From positions 50,966,001 through 51,030,000 of the forward strand of contig NW_024704743.1 in NCBI RefSeq assembly GCF_018977255.1: DNA of 64,000 bases, given 5' to 3'. The translations under genes and the position numbers were made by a program. Below, one piece after another: positions 1 through 12,809 of this stretch; within the stretch, counting starts at the first letter, position 1; each line of letters opens with the position of its first letter. Source of the DNA: Callorhinchus milii (lineage: Eukaryota). The notes below the pieces were generated by a model, which was given only the letters and a program-made list of their open reading frames with translations, had not been told where the DNA came from and made no database searches.

Positions 1-3000
1 GAGGATGAGGATCTTGATTATTCCAGAAGCAGCACAATTGACTCAACTGCTTCTGGAATAAGAAGGGAAAAATCAGTAACATTTTCCATTATACGTTGCT
101 TTCCCGTGTATATTTCACAAAAATGGATATTGGGATGAAGATAAAATCGGTGATCAACTTGTCGTTGATGCTCTGCTGATATTTAGTGTTGTTTCATCTC
201 TCACACAAGGTGGCAATTTGGAATATGGTCATTTGGTTGGTGACTCTTGTCAAACTGTACCTTAACACTGCCTTCAGATGAAGGAGGGGAGAAACTGGAA
301 ATAAAAAATCATATTTTTAATAGAGAATTAGTTAACCTTTTCAGGCAGAACTTACCTGCAAATAGAACTGGTCCCTTTTTCTATGTGAAAAGGAAAAAAA
401 GTACAAAGCTGGTCACGGGACACTTATGTATGTCTCTTTTCAAACAACTTGCCTTCTCCTCCTTACCAGTTGTTTTTTTGTGGGCATGATAGCAAAATGA
501 ATGCAAAACTTTTAGTAATTTGCTATGTTGCACGAGAGAGGAGCATTGATTTCCATTCTATGCTCCTTTGGGAAATAAATATGCAGAAACCAAATGATCT
601 ATTCATAAGTTCATTTTTCCTTCCATATGAAAATTTGAGAAATAGGGGTCATTCCCTTCCATAATTAAGAAAAATAATGTGTTCAGGAATGCTAACATTT
701 TGACCCCAAGGTATATGTAGGCCAAATATTTTGAAAGATTGTGAGTTCAATTGATAAGAACAATAACTCGCAATTATATGGTGCCCTGCACATGGCATTG
801 CATCTTGGAGTGTTGAACTATGGCGTAATGTGACTCCAAGATTGTGAGAGAGGGGATGTGACTGTAGGCACAGTTGAAGAGAAAGTCTTACAGTACGATT
901 TGAAGATAGGTAAAGAGGGAGCAAAGTGGAGGGATTGAGGAAGGGAGAGCCAAGAGGTTTGGGGCATAGTACTAAATATAGCACAAGTGTTATAGATATG
1001 GAAATAATTTTCCTTCAGTGTGTCAGTTTCAAAGTAACCTGCAGAAAGGAATCCTAATTGTCCTCATACATTATATTTCATGCTTTACATGCAAGTATGT
1101 GCAAATTACTCAAAAGTGATTATATTCATATTAAAAGGTAATTTGTAATCATAGAGAACTAATGAATATGACGTAGCTCAAACATTTGTTCATTGGCAGT
1201 GTTGTAAAACCCTTTGCATATGAATAAGACCACCAGGCTACAGAAGTTTTGTTAAATAATATGCGAAGGGGGTTTTGCAAATGAATAGATCATTACTGGA
1301 TGTACACCTAAATATTAATAATAACATTCATGGCCTACATGATATAAAACTGATGTACAACGTATTTATATACCAAGAAAAGAAGGAAGTGGCCTGATTG
1401 AAATGGAAACATTTTATAAATAACAAATTAAAGGTTTAGTTGAATATATTATAACAAAACTCAATGATAGTATTAAAATGATAGAAAAACATGAAAACCA
1501 AACAAATAAATTTTCCATGAATCAAGATCAAACAAGAATATGACATCCATCAAAAGGAAATAGAATGTATATATAAATTAGATAGCCATTCTTTTATAAT
1601 CATTCAAATCTTGATTAAAACTAAATTGATAATGGAAATGTGGAATGGTAGAAATAACAGAAGAGTGTAATGAGGCCTGATTAAGACTTGAAGAAATATT
1701 TCATTCACCATCAATAATGTTTTATCTTTTCACCTATTCATATTCTTTAATCTTAAATTATTCTAACTTTTTTTATGAATGTCAGCAATTTAGTAAAAAT
1801 GCTGAGACCACTGGAGCTGTGACAATGGTGGTCATAGGGCTCGGATGCCTGTTAATGTTGTATTTTATTGGGTTAGATGGTTATGTTTATTGACTCCAAA
1901 CATGCAAAGGTAAGGGTATGTCATGGGACCCACTCAAAGTTAACAACCAGCTTCAATAGATGAAAATGCTAAGGAACTTTCATAGGCTTGACCTGTTTCA
2001 AAACCTATGACACACAAACTGGAGGGTCAATCGTGATTTGTGAGGTGTTAATTATTAGATCATAGCATTTCCTTGTGCATATCCAGACTCCATTTCTTGT
2101 AATTCATTGCTGCCTCCACAGACTCTGGAGAAGATTAATAATTTCTGATCATTGTCTATTCCTGGTCAACCGTGTATTTTCTAATATGCAATCACATCTT
2201 ATCATTCGCAGCTCTGAGCTACAACATCATGTAATTTATGTTTGGTTTGCCTTGGGGAACTGGGAGAGGGGGGATAAAGCGTAGATTTAATGGGATAGGA
2301 TATAAACTTGGTTCAAGTGGTAGAAGTTAGTCTTCATTCAGCCTCTAGGTGTTTCTGTATTTTGTGACCCACTGACGAGTACTGTTTCTCAAATAGGCAC
2401 ATATCAACAAAATTAATTCCTGTAATAAACTGTGAAACAAAATCAATTGTATACTCACCCATGGAGAAAATAAATGAATTGAAATTTACCAAAGTAAATT
2501 TCCTGATACTTTTTTAACTAAAATAAAACTATAATTTACAGCGACTTATTTCTGCGTTTCTGATTTCCTAAATGTAATCACTGCTGTATGTTTGCTAATG
2601 TGCATCAGTATTTCCTGCAAGATTTTGTTTGCACAAACTGCCCTTTTAAAGGCCTCAGCATATTCAGTATCATAATGACTCCGTACTATAAAGGCTCTAA
2701 GTAAGAAAATGACAGCTACCTGACTGGGAGATATCTTCTAGTACAAATGCAAAGAAAATAATTATGTAGCAGAGTAAATGCTGAGGTGTTAACTGAGACA
2801 AGTAAATTAAATACACTGGCAAATAAAAGGAGCACCCTTATTATCCTGCCCACCCTATATAATTTACGACTGTCTTCAAACTGGGATAAATGGAGACTCA
2901 TAAATACCACAGTTAGTATGTCAGTAATTTATTCTACCCTACTACTATCTAGCAGAATATTGTAAACAAGGAAATTAGAGATGTTTTTGTCGTGTAATAT

Positions 3001-3050
3001 CATTTTGCATCTTCCAATATAAGTTTTATTGCGAATTCACACAGTATAAT

Positions 3051-3130
3051 GTTCCATTACCTTTCTATATTATATAGAGTTCAGTTACACACCTATATTA
3101 TATAAAGTTTGGTTACACTCCTATATTGAA
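3051..3130. repeat. Minisatellite, about 3 diverged ~29-bp units (GTTnnGTTACACnCCTATATTATATAnA)
   Basis: The unit 'ttac(ac)..ctatatt' recurs at about 3057, 3085 and 3113. Confidence 0.7.
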
Positions 3131-3569
3131 CAAATGGTTAGGTCTGTTTTATTTGAAGATGATGGGGAACACAGAGTTAATTTCTCACCCTTTCATTAAT
3201 TTGAAATATTTTATTTTAGAATAGAAGCTTTGCTATTCCCCACTTCTAGCTCTGGCTCCCAAATCATCTTTGTAAAGTGCTTTGAGACATTTCCTCTAAG
3301 TGAAAGGCACTCTATAAGTGCAAATTGTGGTTCTTGCTGCCATATATTTACATACAGGTTTACATCGATGTACAGGATTGGAAACACATCATTTGGTCCA
3401 TTTAATCTGTGCTGGTCTCATCTCTCATCTCATCTAGCCTCTACTATCTCATCTAATCATATCCAAAATGTGAATCTAAAATAATCCTTAGACCTGTCCT
3501 GGTCATGAAAGGGATAGTGTGATTGAACCCTAGAAAAGTATAGATCGAACAGGTGCAGTTCGGAATAGA

Positions 3570-3860
3570 TTGTAAAGGGAAGACATACCTGACCAATGTG
3601 GTTAAATGTTCTGAGGATATTAGCAAACATGTAGATAAAGAGAATACGTAGATGAAGTATACATTTTAAAAAGCATTTTGTGGAGATCCAGATGGTTAAA
3701 GACCATGGATTTTAATGTAAAGTCATGGAAATATGGCTGGAATATTGGCTGAAGGAAAGGTAACAGAGTGTAGGAATCAATGGATGTTTCTCAAATCAGC
3801 AAGCTGTAGCTAGTTGGATGATCCAGGAGTCTGTGCCAGGATCCTCTCTTTTTCTTCATT
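3570..3860 (+). mobile_element. Decayed CR1 LINE, reverse-transcriptase fragment
   Basis: Manual translation gives CKGKTYLTNVV..VDK and WLEYWLKER*QSVGINGCFS..ASWMIQESVPGSSLF. These match the CR1 motifs KGRSCLTNL, WI.NWL..R.QRV.ING.FS and SGVPQGSVLGP.LF. Stops and frameshifts are present. Confidence 0.8.
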
Positions 3861-4094
3861 AACACAAATACAATATCATTTACATTTCTATAGTACCTTT
3901 CACTTCAGGAGGACGTCTCAAAATGGTTTCAACATTGGCATATGGGAAAGATTCCATTCGATCCGCCATTAACCTTCTATTAAATTGTCATCAAATTGTC
4001 ATTAAATTGTCAACCCAAAGCTGACAATTTGCCCAAACAAATCAGTAAATTAAATTCAAGATGATTAGCAACACTACTGCAAATATGCGTAAGT

Positions 4095-4460
4095 GAGTCC
4101 TGTTAGCTCAGTCGTTAGATCACTTGCATCGCAAGCGAGAAACCTGGATTCGATTTCCGGCAGGCGAAAAGTTGGGCAGGTTTCCAACTCCACACACCTG
4201 TGTTTACCTAGCAGTAAGTAGGAACCTGGTTGTTAGTAGATTGTCGGATCACTTTTCCGGGGCTAATAATTCTGTCAAAAAAAATTGGTCACTTCAATCC
4301 ACATCAATAACTGTTTGTGAGACACTGCTGTGCGTAATTGGCTGCCGCGTTTTGCCGAAAACATATACAGTTAATTCGCTTTTCAGTATATTCTGTGAAG
4401 TGCTTTGAAACATCTCGAAGATGTGATACGGCGCTGTATCAAATGTATGGATTACTATTC
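4095..4460 (+). mobile_element. Full-length tRNA-derived SINE (family A) with L2-type tail
   Basis: tRNA-like head GAGTCCTGTTAGCTCAGTCGTTAGA (A box) and GGATTCGATTTCC (B box). Tail GTGAAGTGCTTTGAAACATCTCGAAGATGTGATACGGCGCTGTATCAAATG..GGATTACTATT is shared with many copies in the window. Confidence 0.9.
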
Positions 4461-4756
4461 TTTGTTTTAGCAAAAAGTAACTAGTTTTTCACATTGTATT
4501 GAATCCCCACTGATCCTCTCCTATGATGGCAAACTCATTAGCAAACTATATGCAATTACTCCAAAGTCTGACCAAAATCTTATACTAATTAAACATTGTA
4601 TCCTTGTTGAACTGGGATAACCCTAAGATAAACATCCTCTCCAGCTGAACTGGTTCGAAAGCTCATTGGTAGGACTTGGATGGGCTGCAGCCACTGGGGG
4701 CAGGAAATTGTTGCACTAAGATTCAGTTCATAAATGTATCATGCGTAGGGTGGACT

Positions 4757-5170
4757 CAGCAGCAGCATTAAGCAGCAGTAGCAGCATTAAACAGAATTAA
4801 GCAGCAGAAGCATTAAACAGCATTAAGCAAGAGCAGCAGCATTAAACAGCGTTAAGCAGCAGCAGCAGCATTAAACGGCATTAAGCAGCAGCAGTAGCGT
4901 TAAACAGCATTAAGCAAGAGCAGCAGCATTAAACAGCATTAAGCAGCAGCAGCATTAAACGGCATTAAGCAGCAGCAGTAGCGTTAAACAGCATTAAGTA
5001 GCAGCAGCATTAAACAGCAGCATCAGCAGCAGCATTAAACAGCAGCAACATTAAACAGTATTAAGCAGCAGCAGCATTAAACAGCAGCAACATTAAACAG
5101 CATTAAGCAGTAGCAGCATTAAACAGCATTAAGCAGCAGCAGCATTAAATAGCATTAAGCAGCAGCTTTA
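4757..5170. repeat. Compound satellite built from (CAG)n, CATTAAA and CATTAAG modules
   Basis: Repeated cagcattaaacagcattaagcagcag units are directly visible. Confidence 0.95.
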
Positions 5171-6958
5171 AACAGCAACAGCAGTACCACCAACACCACC
5201 ACAAGCAGCACCATAATCAGCACCAACATCACCAGCACCACCACTACCACAACCACCAGCAACATCACAACCACGACCACCAGCACCACGACCACCAGCA
5301 CCACCACCAGCACCACAACCACAGCAGCCAGCATCACCACCACCACCAGCATCACCACCACTAGCACCAGCAGCACCATAACCAGCAGCACCACCACCAC
5401 CACCAGCACCACCACCTCCAGCACAATCACCTACACCACCACCAGCACCACAACCACCACCAGCAGCAGCACCACCACCAGCAGCAGCACCAAAACAAAC
5501 ACCAGCACCACCACCAACAGCACCACCACCACCAACAGCACCACCACCACCAGCACCACAACTACCACCAGCACCACCACCACCAGCACCACCACCACCA
5601 ACAGCACCACCAACAGCACCACCACCACCAGCACCACAACCAGCATCACCACCACCAACCCACCAGCACCAACACCACATCCACCACCAGCACCACCACC
5701 ACCAACACAACCACCAACACCACGACCAGCACCTCCACCACTACCACCAGCATCACCACCAGCATCACATCCACCACCAGCAACAACACCACCACCAACA
5801 GCATGACCAACAACAACAACAACAAGATTCCATTTATAGAGTGCCTTTCACGTCGGCAGGACGTCCCAAAGCGCTGGACAGTTGGGTCAGGACCCGACCA
5901 GAACCTGCATCACCAGTGCCATCACCACCAGCACCACCACCACCAGCAGCACACCAGTACCAGCACCAGCACCACATCCACCACCAGCAACAACACCACC
6001 ACCAACAGCATGACCAGAACCTGCACCACCAGTGCCAACACCACCAGCACCACCACCAGCAACAACAGCAACACCGCCACCAGCACCACCACCACCACCA
6101 CCAGAACCACCAACAGCACCACCAGCACCACAACCACCACCAGCACCACCACCAGCACCACCACCACCAGCAGCAACACCATCATCAGCACCACAACCAC
6201 CAGCAACATCACAACCACTACCACCAGCAGCAGCACCACCATAACCACCACCAGCACCACCATGACCACTACCACCAGGATCACCACCTCCACAATCACC
6301 ACCACCACCACCACATTTACTACTAGCACCACCACCATCAGCACCACCACCACCAACACCACCACCACCACCACCAGCAATACCACCACCAGCACCACCA
6401 CCATCACCAGCAGCACCACCACCACCACCTGCAGCACCACAACCACCACAGCAGCAGCACCACCAGCAGCACCACAACCACCACCAGCAGCAGCACCACC
6501 ACCATCAACAGCACCACCATAACCAGCACCACCACTACCACTACCACCAGCATCACCACCTCCACAATCACCACCACCACATTTACTACCAGCATCACCA
6601 CCATCACCACCACCACCACCAGCAGCAATGCCACCACCAGCACCACCACCACCACAACCACCAGCAATATCACAACCACTACCACCAGCACCACCAGCAC
6701 CTCCACCATCAGCACCATCAGCACCTGCAGCACCAGCATGATCACCACCCCAACAGCACCAACAGCATCACCACTACCAGCAACAACACCACCACCAGCA
6801 TCACCATCACCAACACCACCACCACCACCACCAACACCAACAGAAGCACCACCATCACCAACAGCACCATCATGAGCAGCACCAGAACCCACCAGCACAA
6901 GCACCACCACCAGCACTACAAGCACCACCACAAGCACTACCAACACCACCACCACCAG
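5171..6958. repeat. Cryptic CAN/ACC triplet low-complexity tract (~1.8 kb)
   Basis: CAC/CAG/CAA/CAT triplets give poly-T/H/P/V/G/W ORFs in all six frames. Register shifts occur at about 5659, 5900, 5950 and 6450. Confidence 0.95.
5810..5895 (-). mobile_element. 5'-truncated L2 3' end inserted in the triplet tract
   Basis: (AAC)n tail plus ..GTGCCTTTCACGTCGGCAGGACGTCCCAAAGCGCTGGACA..GGACCCGA, homologous to the L2 end at 52505-52560. Flanked by GACCA at 5805-5809 and 5896-5900. Confidence 0.85.
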
Positions 6959-9900
6959 TACTGGACCCTATTCCAGGGGTGCAAAAGAAAAATATGCTTT
7001 TAAATGCCAAAGGTTAAAGGAAAACAACCTTGAACAGATCTATCCAGTTACTGCTATTTCGTTCCATGAATTCCAAATACTTTGTGTTTTGTTTTCTTGA
7101 AAGTCTAAAACAATAAAAAGGTGTCTAAAAACACCAGTTATGCCATTTGAAGGTAAGATGTGGGGTGTTCTTTGTTTTCTTGAGCCATTGCTCGATCCTT
7201 CCATTTAACTGAGTGCGGGCAGTTTCTTGCTGAGAAAATTTGCACGTGAGGCTGAACCGTTTTGGTTTGTAGGTTAGTAGTGCCCAAAACCAGAATCAAT
7301 TAAGCGGAATCTGATAGAGATGTCCAAAATTGTGAAAGGGTTTCAGAATGCTATAAAGAATGTAGAGCACAGAAAGGTAAATAATGAATAATTATTTCAC
7401 TATAAAGTCTAGAGAATCAACACCAGGTGGGGGAGTGTAGGCAGAAATTCAAAATGATTATTATCCAATACAATTTACAGTTATTTAGCACCTTTCATGT
7501 AAGGAGCAGGTCTCAAGGTGCTTGACATTTGCTGACTACGCTGATGCTGAGGGTAGGACTAAAAATGTGCGGGAAGGGAAGATGACCGAAAGTGCCAGCA
7601 AAAAGGTATATTTTGAGTTATTAAAAGCATAAAAGGGAAAAGTTCGAAAAGCAATTCATAAAGAGTTACTAAACCCAAGTCAATTACATCATTTATAAGG
7701 TATTTCAATAAATACTTAAAAAAGAAAAAAAAATCAAAAGATATAGAGTATGTAATTCAAGTAAGGAGCTAGCATGACACAGACAGAACGATTTCCAATA
7801 ACAGAACAAATGTAGCTTTAAACAAAACATAGCTTTGCTGTGTAACTTTTGAGTCAATCTGTAATTCTGATTGGAGTGACTATGACCACATTAACATGTT
7901 TCGGCGCATTCTTTCAGCAGTAGGGAGGTGACACTACTTCAATAATGGGTTAGTGTATCCTTAGGCAAACCAAGCTCTTTGTTACCTAGAATTACCAGTT
8001 TCACCAAACAGAGGAGGGGAAGACCACCAACAGACCAAGGAACACTATTGTCTACTTATGCTGACAGATCTGCCCTTTCACATGACTTAAATAAGTCTAT
8101 TGAGTCATTCCTGTCTTATTCCTAACAGGCATTTAGGCAACCCTTCAAATCTGTATGGTAATTAAAGTTAGAATTGCACTATTCTATTAATGTTCTACTT
8201 AATTTTGACTGAATTTACCTATTACCTGTTTTCTAGCTCATTCTAGAACAGCTGATATCAATCCTGCTCCTATACGGTCTAGTGGCTGCCTTTGTCTAAA
8301 ACTAAACTTGAAGTATTATGCTATGTAGTTAGTGAACATTAATTTTACTATGAGTAAATGCAAAGATTATTATCAATTAATCAAGATAGAATTGGATAAT
8401 AGTAGCCTCTACTATTATTTCAATGGCCTTTACAAATTGTATTTTTTGGTTCTCCATGAATGATGATGCACATTGAGATTTTTCCTAGGAGGAGCTCAAG
8501 TAATGTAAAATCATATAAAGTACGGCATTGCCCTCCGACTGTTAAGTCATCTTTGCACCACCCATTTCCCTTGGCAGCAGCTACGATTCCGGTTCTCTAA
8601 GGAACATCTATGAACAGCAAAAGTGTTTATTTTCATAGTTACCATTAATGTTCTATTTTGCTACCTCAGGAACAGTTCCTACACTGCCAAGTAGCATGTC
8701 ACTGCTCAGCTTCAAAGATGGCAGGTCAGCGAGTGACAAGGATGTTGTTTCCTACCTGAGTTGTTTGGTCTGGCTGACAGAACAGAGGGGGCCCATTGTG
8801 GTTTGCTCAGCTTCTGAGCACGTAACATTTGTACAGGAGTTAGATGTCCGCCATAATGCCCAGTCCTACCCTGAAGGAGGCAAGTGGTGTGGAAAGTTCT
8901 CTATTTTGTTTGTTTCCTTTGGCCATGGATACTGAAGGTTCTTTGGCAAAGACCTGATGAGTTCTTATTGCATCGATTCAGTTACTTGTGCCAAGTTAGC
9001 ACATCAAGAAAACATTATCCAGGTGGTGGTTGACATTCTGTGTGGCCATTTGTTGGCATGCTGTTCATTCCTCAAAGGTGTTGAATGCTCCAAGGGCATG
9101 GCATAGTGAATCCCATGGACCTGCACAGATTAAAATTTAAACCTTCTGCCTCTCCCCAGCAAACAAAAGCTTGAGATGCATGAACTGGAAAGTTAACTGA
9201 ATGTTTGACTCTGCACACATGCATGGTCTGCATGCTTTCCACGGGCCTGTAACATTTGTATCCTTAAGCCTAATTCTCCATAAAAGTCCCACCTTACATT
9301 TGGATATTTCACAGCTGGTAATGGATTGATGGGCTTTCATATGCTGTGGTTTTGTCAACTTTCTGAAGGGGAGATGCAGAGGCTAAACTAACTGCTTTTT
9401 CATGACTTCATGCCTCACCAAGTCAGGGAATTGTATTTTCTGCTGTGCAACTGTTTCCTTGATAGGATCTCGGGGCCAGGCTATCATAAATTGAAACCAT
9501 TTCTGAAAAAACATAGGAACATGTGGCTTTCGTTTCCTTGCAATGGTCGTGATGGAGAAATTCCTTAAACACGGTTACTTTAACTGGAAATGGGTGTGGG
9601 CAAGCGGGGTGGAGGTAGTGTTGGTGGGGTAAGGGAGAATGTGGTTGAGTCCAGAAGTGAAGGTTTCTTTTGATGTGCCCAATTAGAGGTACAGTGAAAC
9701 AAGCACCTTTCCGAGATGGGTCCTGGGTGTGCTGCTTTTTAAAAGGAAGCAGTGTTACTTCACTGGGGAGATTTTAGTCCGATAGAACCATAGAAGCATG
9801 GAAATTTACTGCGGAGGATTGATTTGGCCCATTGCCTGCTGAGTTTCGCCCAGAAGACATAGTCAATTCACTTCACAGTATATTCTGTGAAGAACTTTGA

Positions 9901-10971
9901 GATGTCTCGAAGACGTCATAATGCTCTATATCAAATGCAAGGATTATTATTATTATTATTATCAGTTGCCATTAATATGGATTTTGGGACCATGTAGTCA
10001 CTACTTTTCCCTGTAGTGCCGAGCAGGAATGGTTGGTGCCAGTAAGTTGCTGGCCAGCCTTTGTATTATTACCCTATTTATTTTATTTTGNAAAAATGTT
10101 GTTCAGAACACCAAAAAAAATGGGATATGCCTTCAGAGGCAGGAATCCTTTCCAGAAGTAACAATGTTTTTTTCTTTGAAAAGACAGTTGGAAGCATACC
10201 AGAGACATTGATCCAGAAGGACTATTTTGTAATGATTATAAATTTCCATAATATGGCATGTGCCAGTTTCACCTCTGATCCACTTTCCTCCTGAGTATTT
10301 CAGCAGAGTTTATAGCACTATAGCTGCCAATATTTGCAAAAGGCATGTGTTTTATCCACTGGTAACAAATGTCATTCATCAGCAGGTGGTAGCAAATGAC
10401 AGTGCTTTGATGTGAGGAAGGGGTGGATTGGAAACTCAGGAGGGAGATTTTGAAGTGTGTCTGCGATTGTTATTCTGAAAGTTTAATAGTTTCAGACGTA
10501 AATTAAGGTCAGTATTTTTGCTACAATCTTATCCTGAACATGTTCCTTACTTTCTTAACACTGATTCAATGATTTCTTCCTGTGGTTAAGTGGTTTAACC
10601 GCTGATAATAAACAGCAATGGATTGTTTTTCAAAAATTACAAAATACATTACACTAAAACCTCACCGGCTGGGCCTTGAGGTGGGAGATCGTGTCCAGCA
10701 AGTCTGAATTTCCAGCTAAGTGTAATTACAAATGCAATTACCGGCATTTACCATCTTTTTTCACAGTTGGCCCTTTTCAATATTTTCTGCTCACAGGATT
10801 CAAACCGAGTCAGTCGATATTCCTGGCTATTGAAAGCCAGCGAGCATTGTGAGGTGGGAGCACACTAGGAGAATGGCTGGCTGGAGTCTACACTCAAGTG
10901 GGCACACAGAATTTTTATTTTTTATTTCCGTTTCAGGCCCAATCCGTCTGGGTCTGATTTTCTGATATCCA

Positions 10972-11075
10972 GAGTCCTACAGTATATTGGTTAGAACACT
11001 CGCCTCACAACTGAATGGACTCGGGTTTGATTCCCTGGCAGGGCAAAACCTTAGGAAAGTTTCCTTGCTTTGTAC
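10972..11075 (+). mobile_element. SINE family A, head-only fragment
   Basis: GAGTCCTAC..TGGTTAGAACACTCGC..GGGTTTGATTCCCTGGCAGGGCAAAACCTTAGGAAAGTTTCCTT matches the heads at 4095 and 20028. Confidence 0.8.
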
Positions 11076-11589
11076 CCAGAGTATTGTAAGCTTCTAAGTT
11101 ATGCATGTATATAAAGAAAATCTGAGCTGGGAAGCCAGATAGTGGGATACCAACAAAGAATATTTGCATAAAAAGTGAAAGATTTGTTGTAATTCAATCC
11201 TTTATTATTTTTTTTCCTTTGAACATTGGCAGCTCTTTAGTAACTTATTCAAGTGATCATTCTTGACATGCAATTCAACAGAATCGCAGCAAATGGAGGG
11301 TTTGTGATCAGTGTTTCTTAGTTGGTTGGAATAACAACCGGACCTGATCCTCTCCTGGTTGATCATTCTCCTCCCGTAGAACCGTAGAAATTTACAGCAA
11401 AGAGCAATGAAAGAGTAATGCATTCATTCCCGTTTACCTGGCTTTACCCCAAACTCCTGAAAATGACATTTTCCCTGTTTGCCTTGATCTCCAAATGTAA
11501 TGATTTAAGAAATGTCCCCCGATTCTTGTTACATCTCTGGAATTCCACTCACTAAAAATGTTAGGCAAACACAAAACTACTCAAACTTC

Positions 11590-11880
11590 CTGTTTAGATA
11601 TCTATCTAGTTCCCTCTTGAAGGATAATATGGATTCAGCCTAAACCACTGCACCTTGAAGTGCATTCCACAAATTAACAGTCTCTGTGTGTGAAAAAAGA
11701 TGCTATTCTCCCCATTTGCTAATTATCTTAATTTGTTATCTATTTATGACTAACCAATCGCATAAATAATTAATCCCAATCAAATCTATCAAAGCTCCTA
11801 ATAATTTTAAGGACCTCAGTCAGGTCTCCCCTCAATCTTTGTTACAATGAAATAGTTCCTCCATTCTCAGCTCATAGTCC
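11590..11880 (-). mobile_element. Decayed CR1 3' fragment
   Basis: GCATTCCACAAATTAACAGTCTCTGTGTGTGAAAAA and GACCTCAGTCAGGTCTCCCCTCAATCT; the reverse strand gives the CR1 C-terminal motifs FF..RV.N.WN and RLRGDL.EV. Confidence 0.7.
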
Positions 11881-12809
11881 AGGGATGCAAAGGCAATGAT
11901 AGCACCCACTCACCACTGCCCCGAGGACACTTGAAGTAAATGAATCAACACAGAGCAGAGACTTAGCCTGGGGCATTCCTGATCTATGTCCCTCAGTATT
12001 ATGGCATTACATGCATTTCCCTTTTTTGCCTTGCTGTCAAAATGCAATGAATTAAGAAATATCCCTTGATTCTTGTTACATCTCTGGAATTCCACCTACT
12101 AATATTTGGCAAACATGAAATTACCCAAACTCGTTTTGCAGATGTTATTGCAGAAAATGTTCTTATTTTGAAAGCTGCAAATGACATTAAAACTCAGAAG
12201 GTTAATGTTGCCCGAGTGTAATGGAGAACTCTTTTAATTTGCAGTTTGGGTGATTTATTTTACTTACTAAAGTGAGAGATCTGACTGCTTGGGGAAGGGA
12301 ACATTTTTGCACTTTTCCCACCAGTTTAAGCATCAAACACTTGACAGATCAGATACAGTACAGCCAAACTCATTGTCAATTCCCGCAACTGTTCCTAAAA
12401 TTAATAACAATTCACTGGAAGGATCTGCTATTGAACCTAACTTTGACACAGCTTGTTGTTGACACATACCAAAATCTAAAATTACAAATTTGGTTTTGTG
12501 AATATTTAACATGTTACAGCAAACACATATACTTGCATATGTGTTCCAGGATGTAAAATGATTATTTACTTTATATAGCTAATAATCCTTATATTTGATA
12601 CACACAACCAAAATTCTTCACAATGATTCCTGTAACATGAAGTAACTGTGTACAGTAGTTGTAGGGGAATGAAGTAGCCAATTTTCACACAGCAATGTCT
12701 CACAAACAGCCAGGATAAGTCATGTCCAAGACACTGGGGAGAAACTCCCTTCTCTTTATAGTCCATCTGAAAAAGCAGACCTAGATTTAACGTCTCATCT
12801 GAAGTTCAC

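Noticed and set aside
1786..1909. Plus-strand exon candidate with a strong donor (AAG|gtaagg) and a TM-like peptide
   Set aside because: In-frame stop before the donor, mediocre acceptor and no partner exons found.
4095..4170. Functional tRNA genes at SINE heads (also 19955-20028 and 14085-14155)
   Set aside because: They run directly into SINE bodies and tails, so they are tRNA-derived promoters rather than tRNAs.
4757..5170. CRISPR-like array
   Set aside because: Short units without unique spacers, in a vertebrate context; this is a satellite.
5155..6955. Poly-Val/Gly/Thr/His/Trp ORFs, including the 239-aa Thr-rich ORF, as a mucin or structural protein
   Set aside because: All frames are open because of the triplet repeat. 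The register shifts several times, an L2 tail sits inside the ORF, and I found no convincing splice sites.
8648..9120. GC-richer segment with ORF 8648-8935 and a minus-strand acceptor at about 9121
   Set aside because: All minus frames close within about 40 codons and no peptide is recognisable.
10666..10853. Two short AG/GT-bounded candidates (minus GNSDLLDTISHLKAQP; plus DSNRVSRYSWLLKASEHCE)
   Set aside because: Too short to assess, on opposite strands, with no recognisable protein and no consistent gene model.
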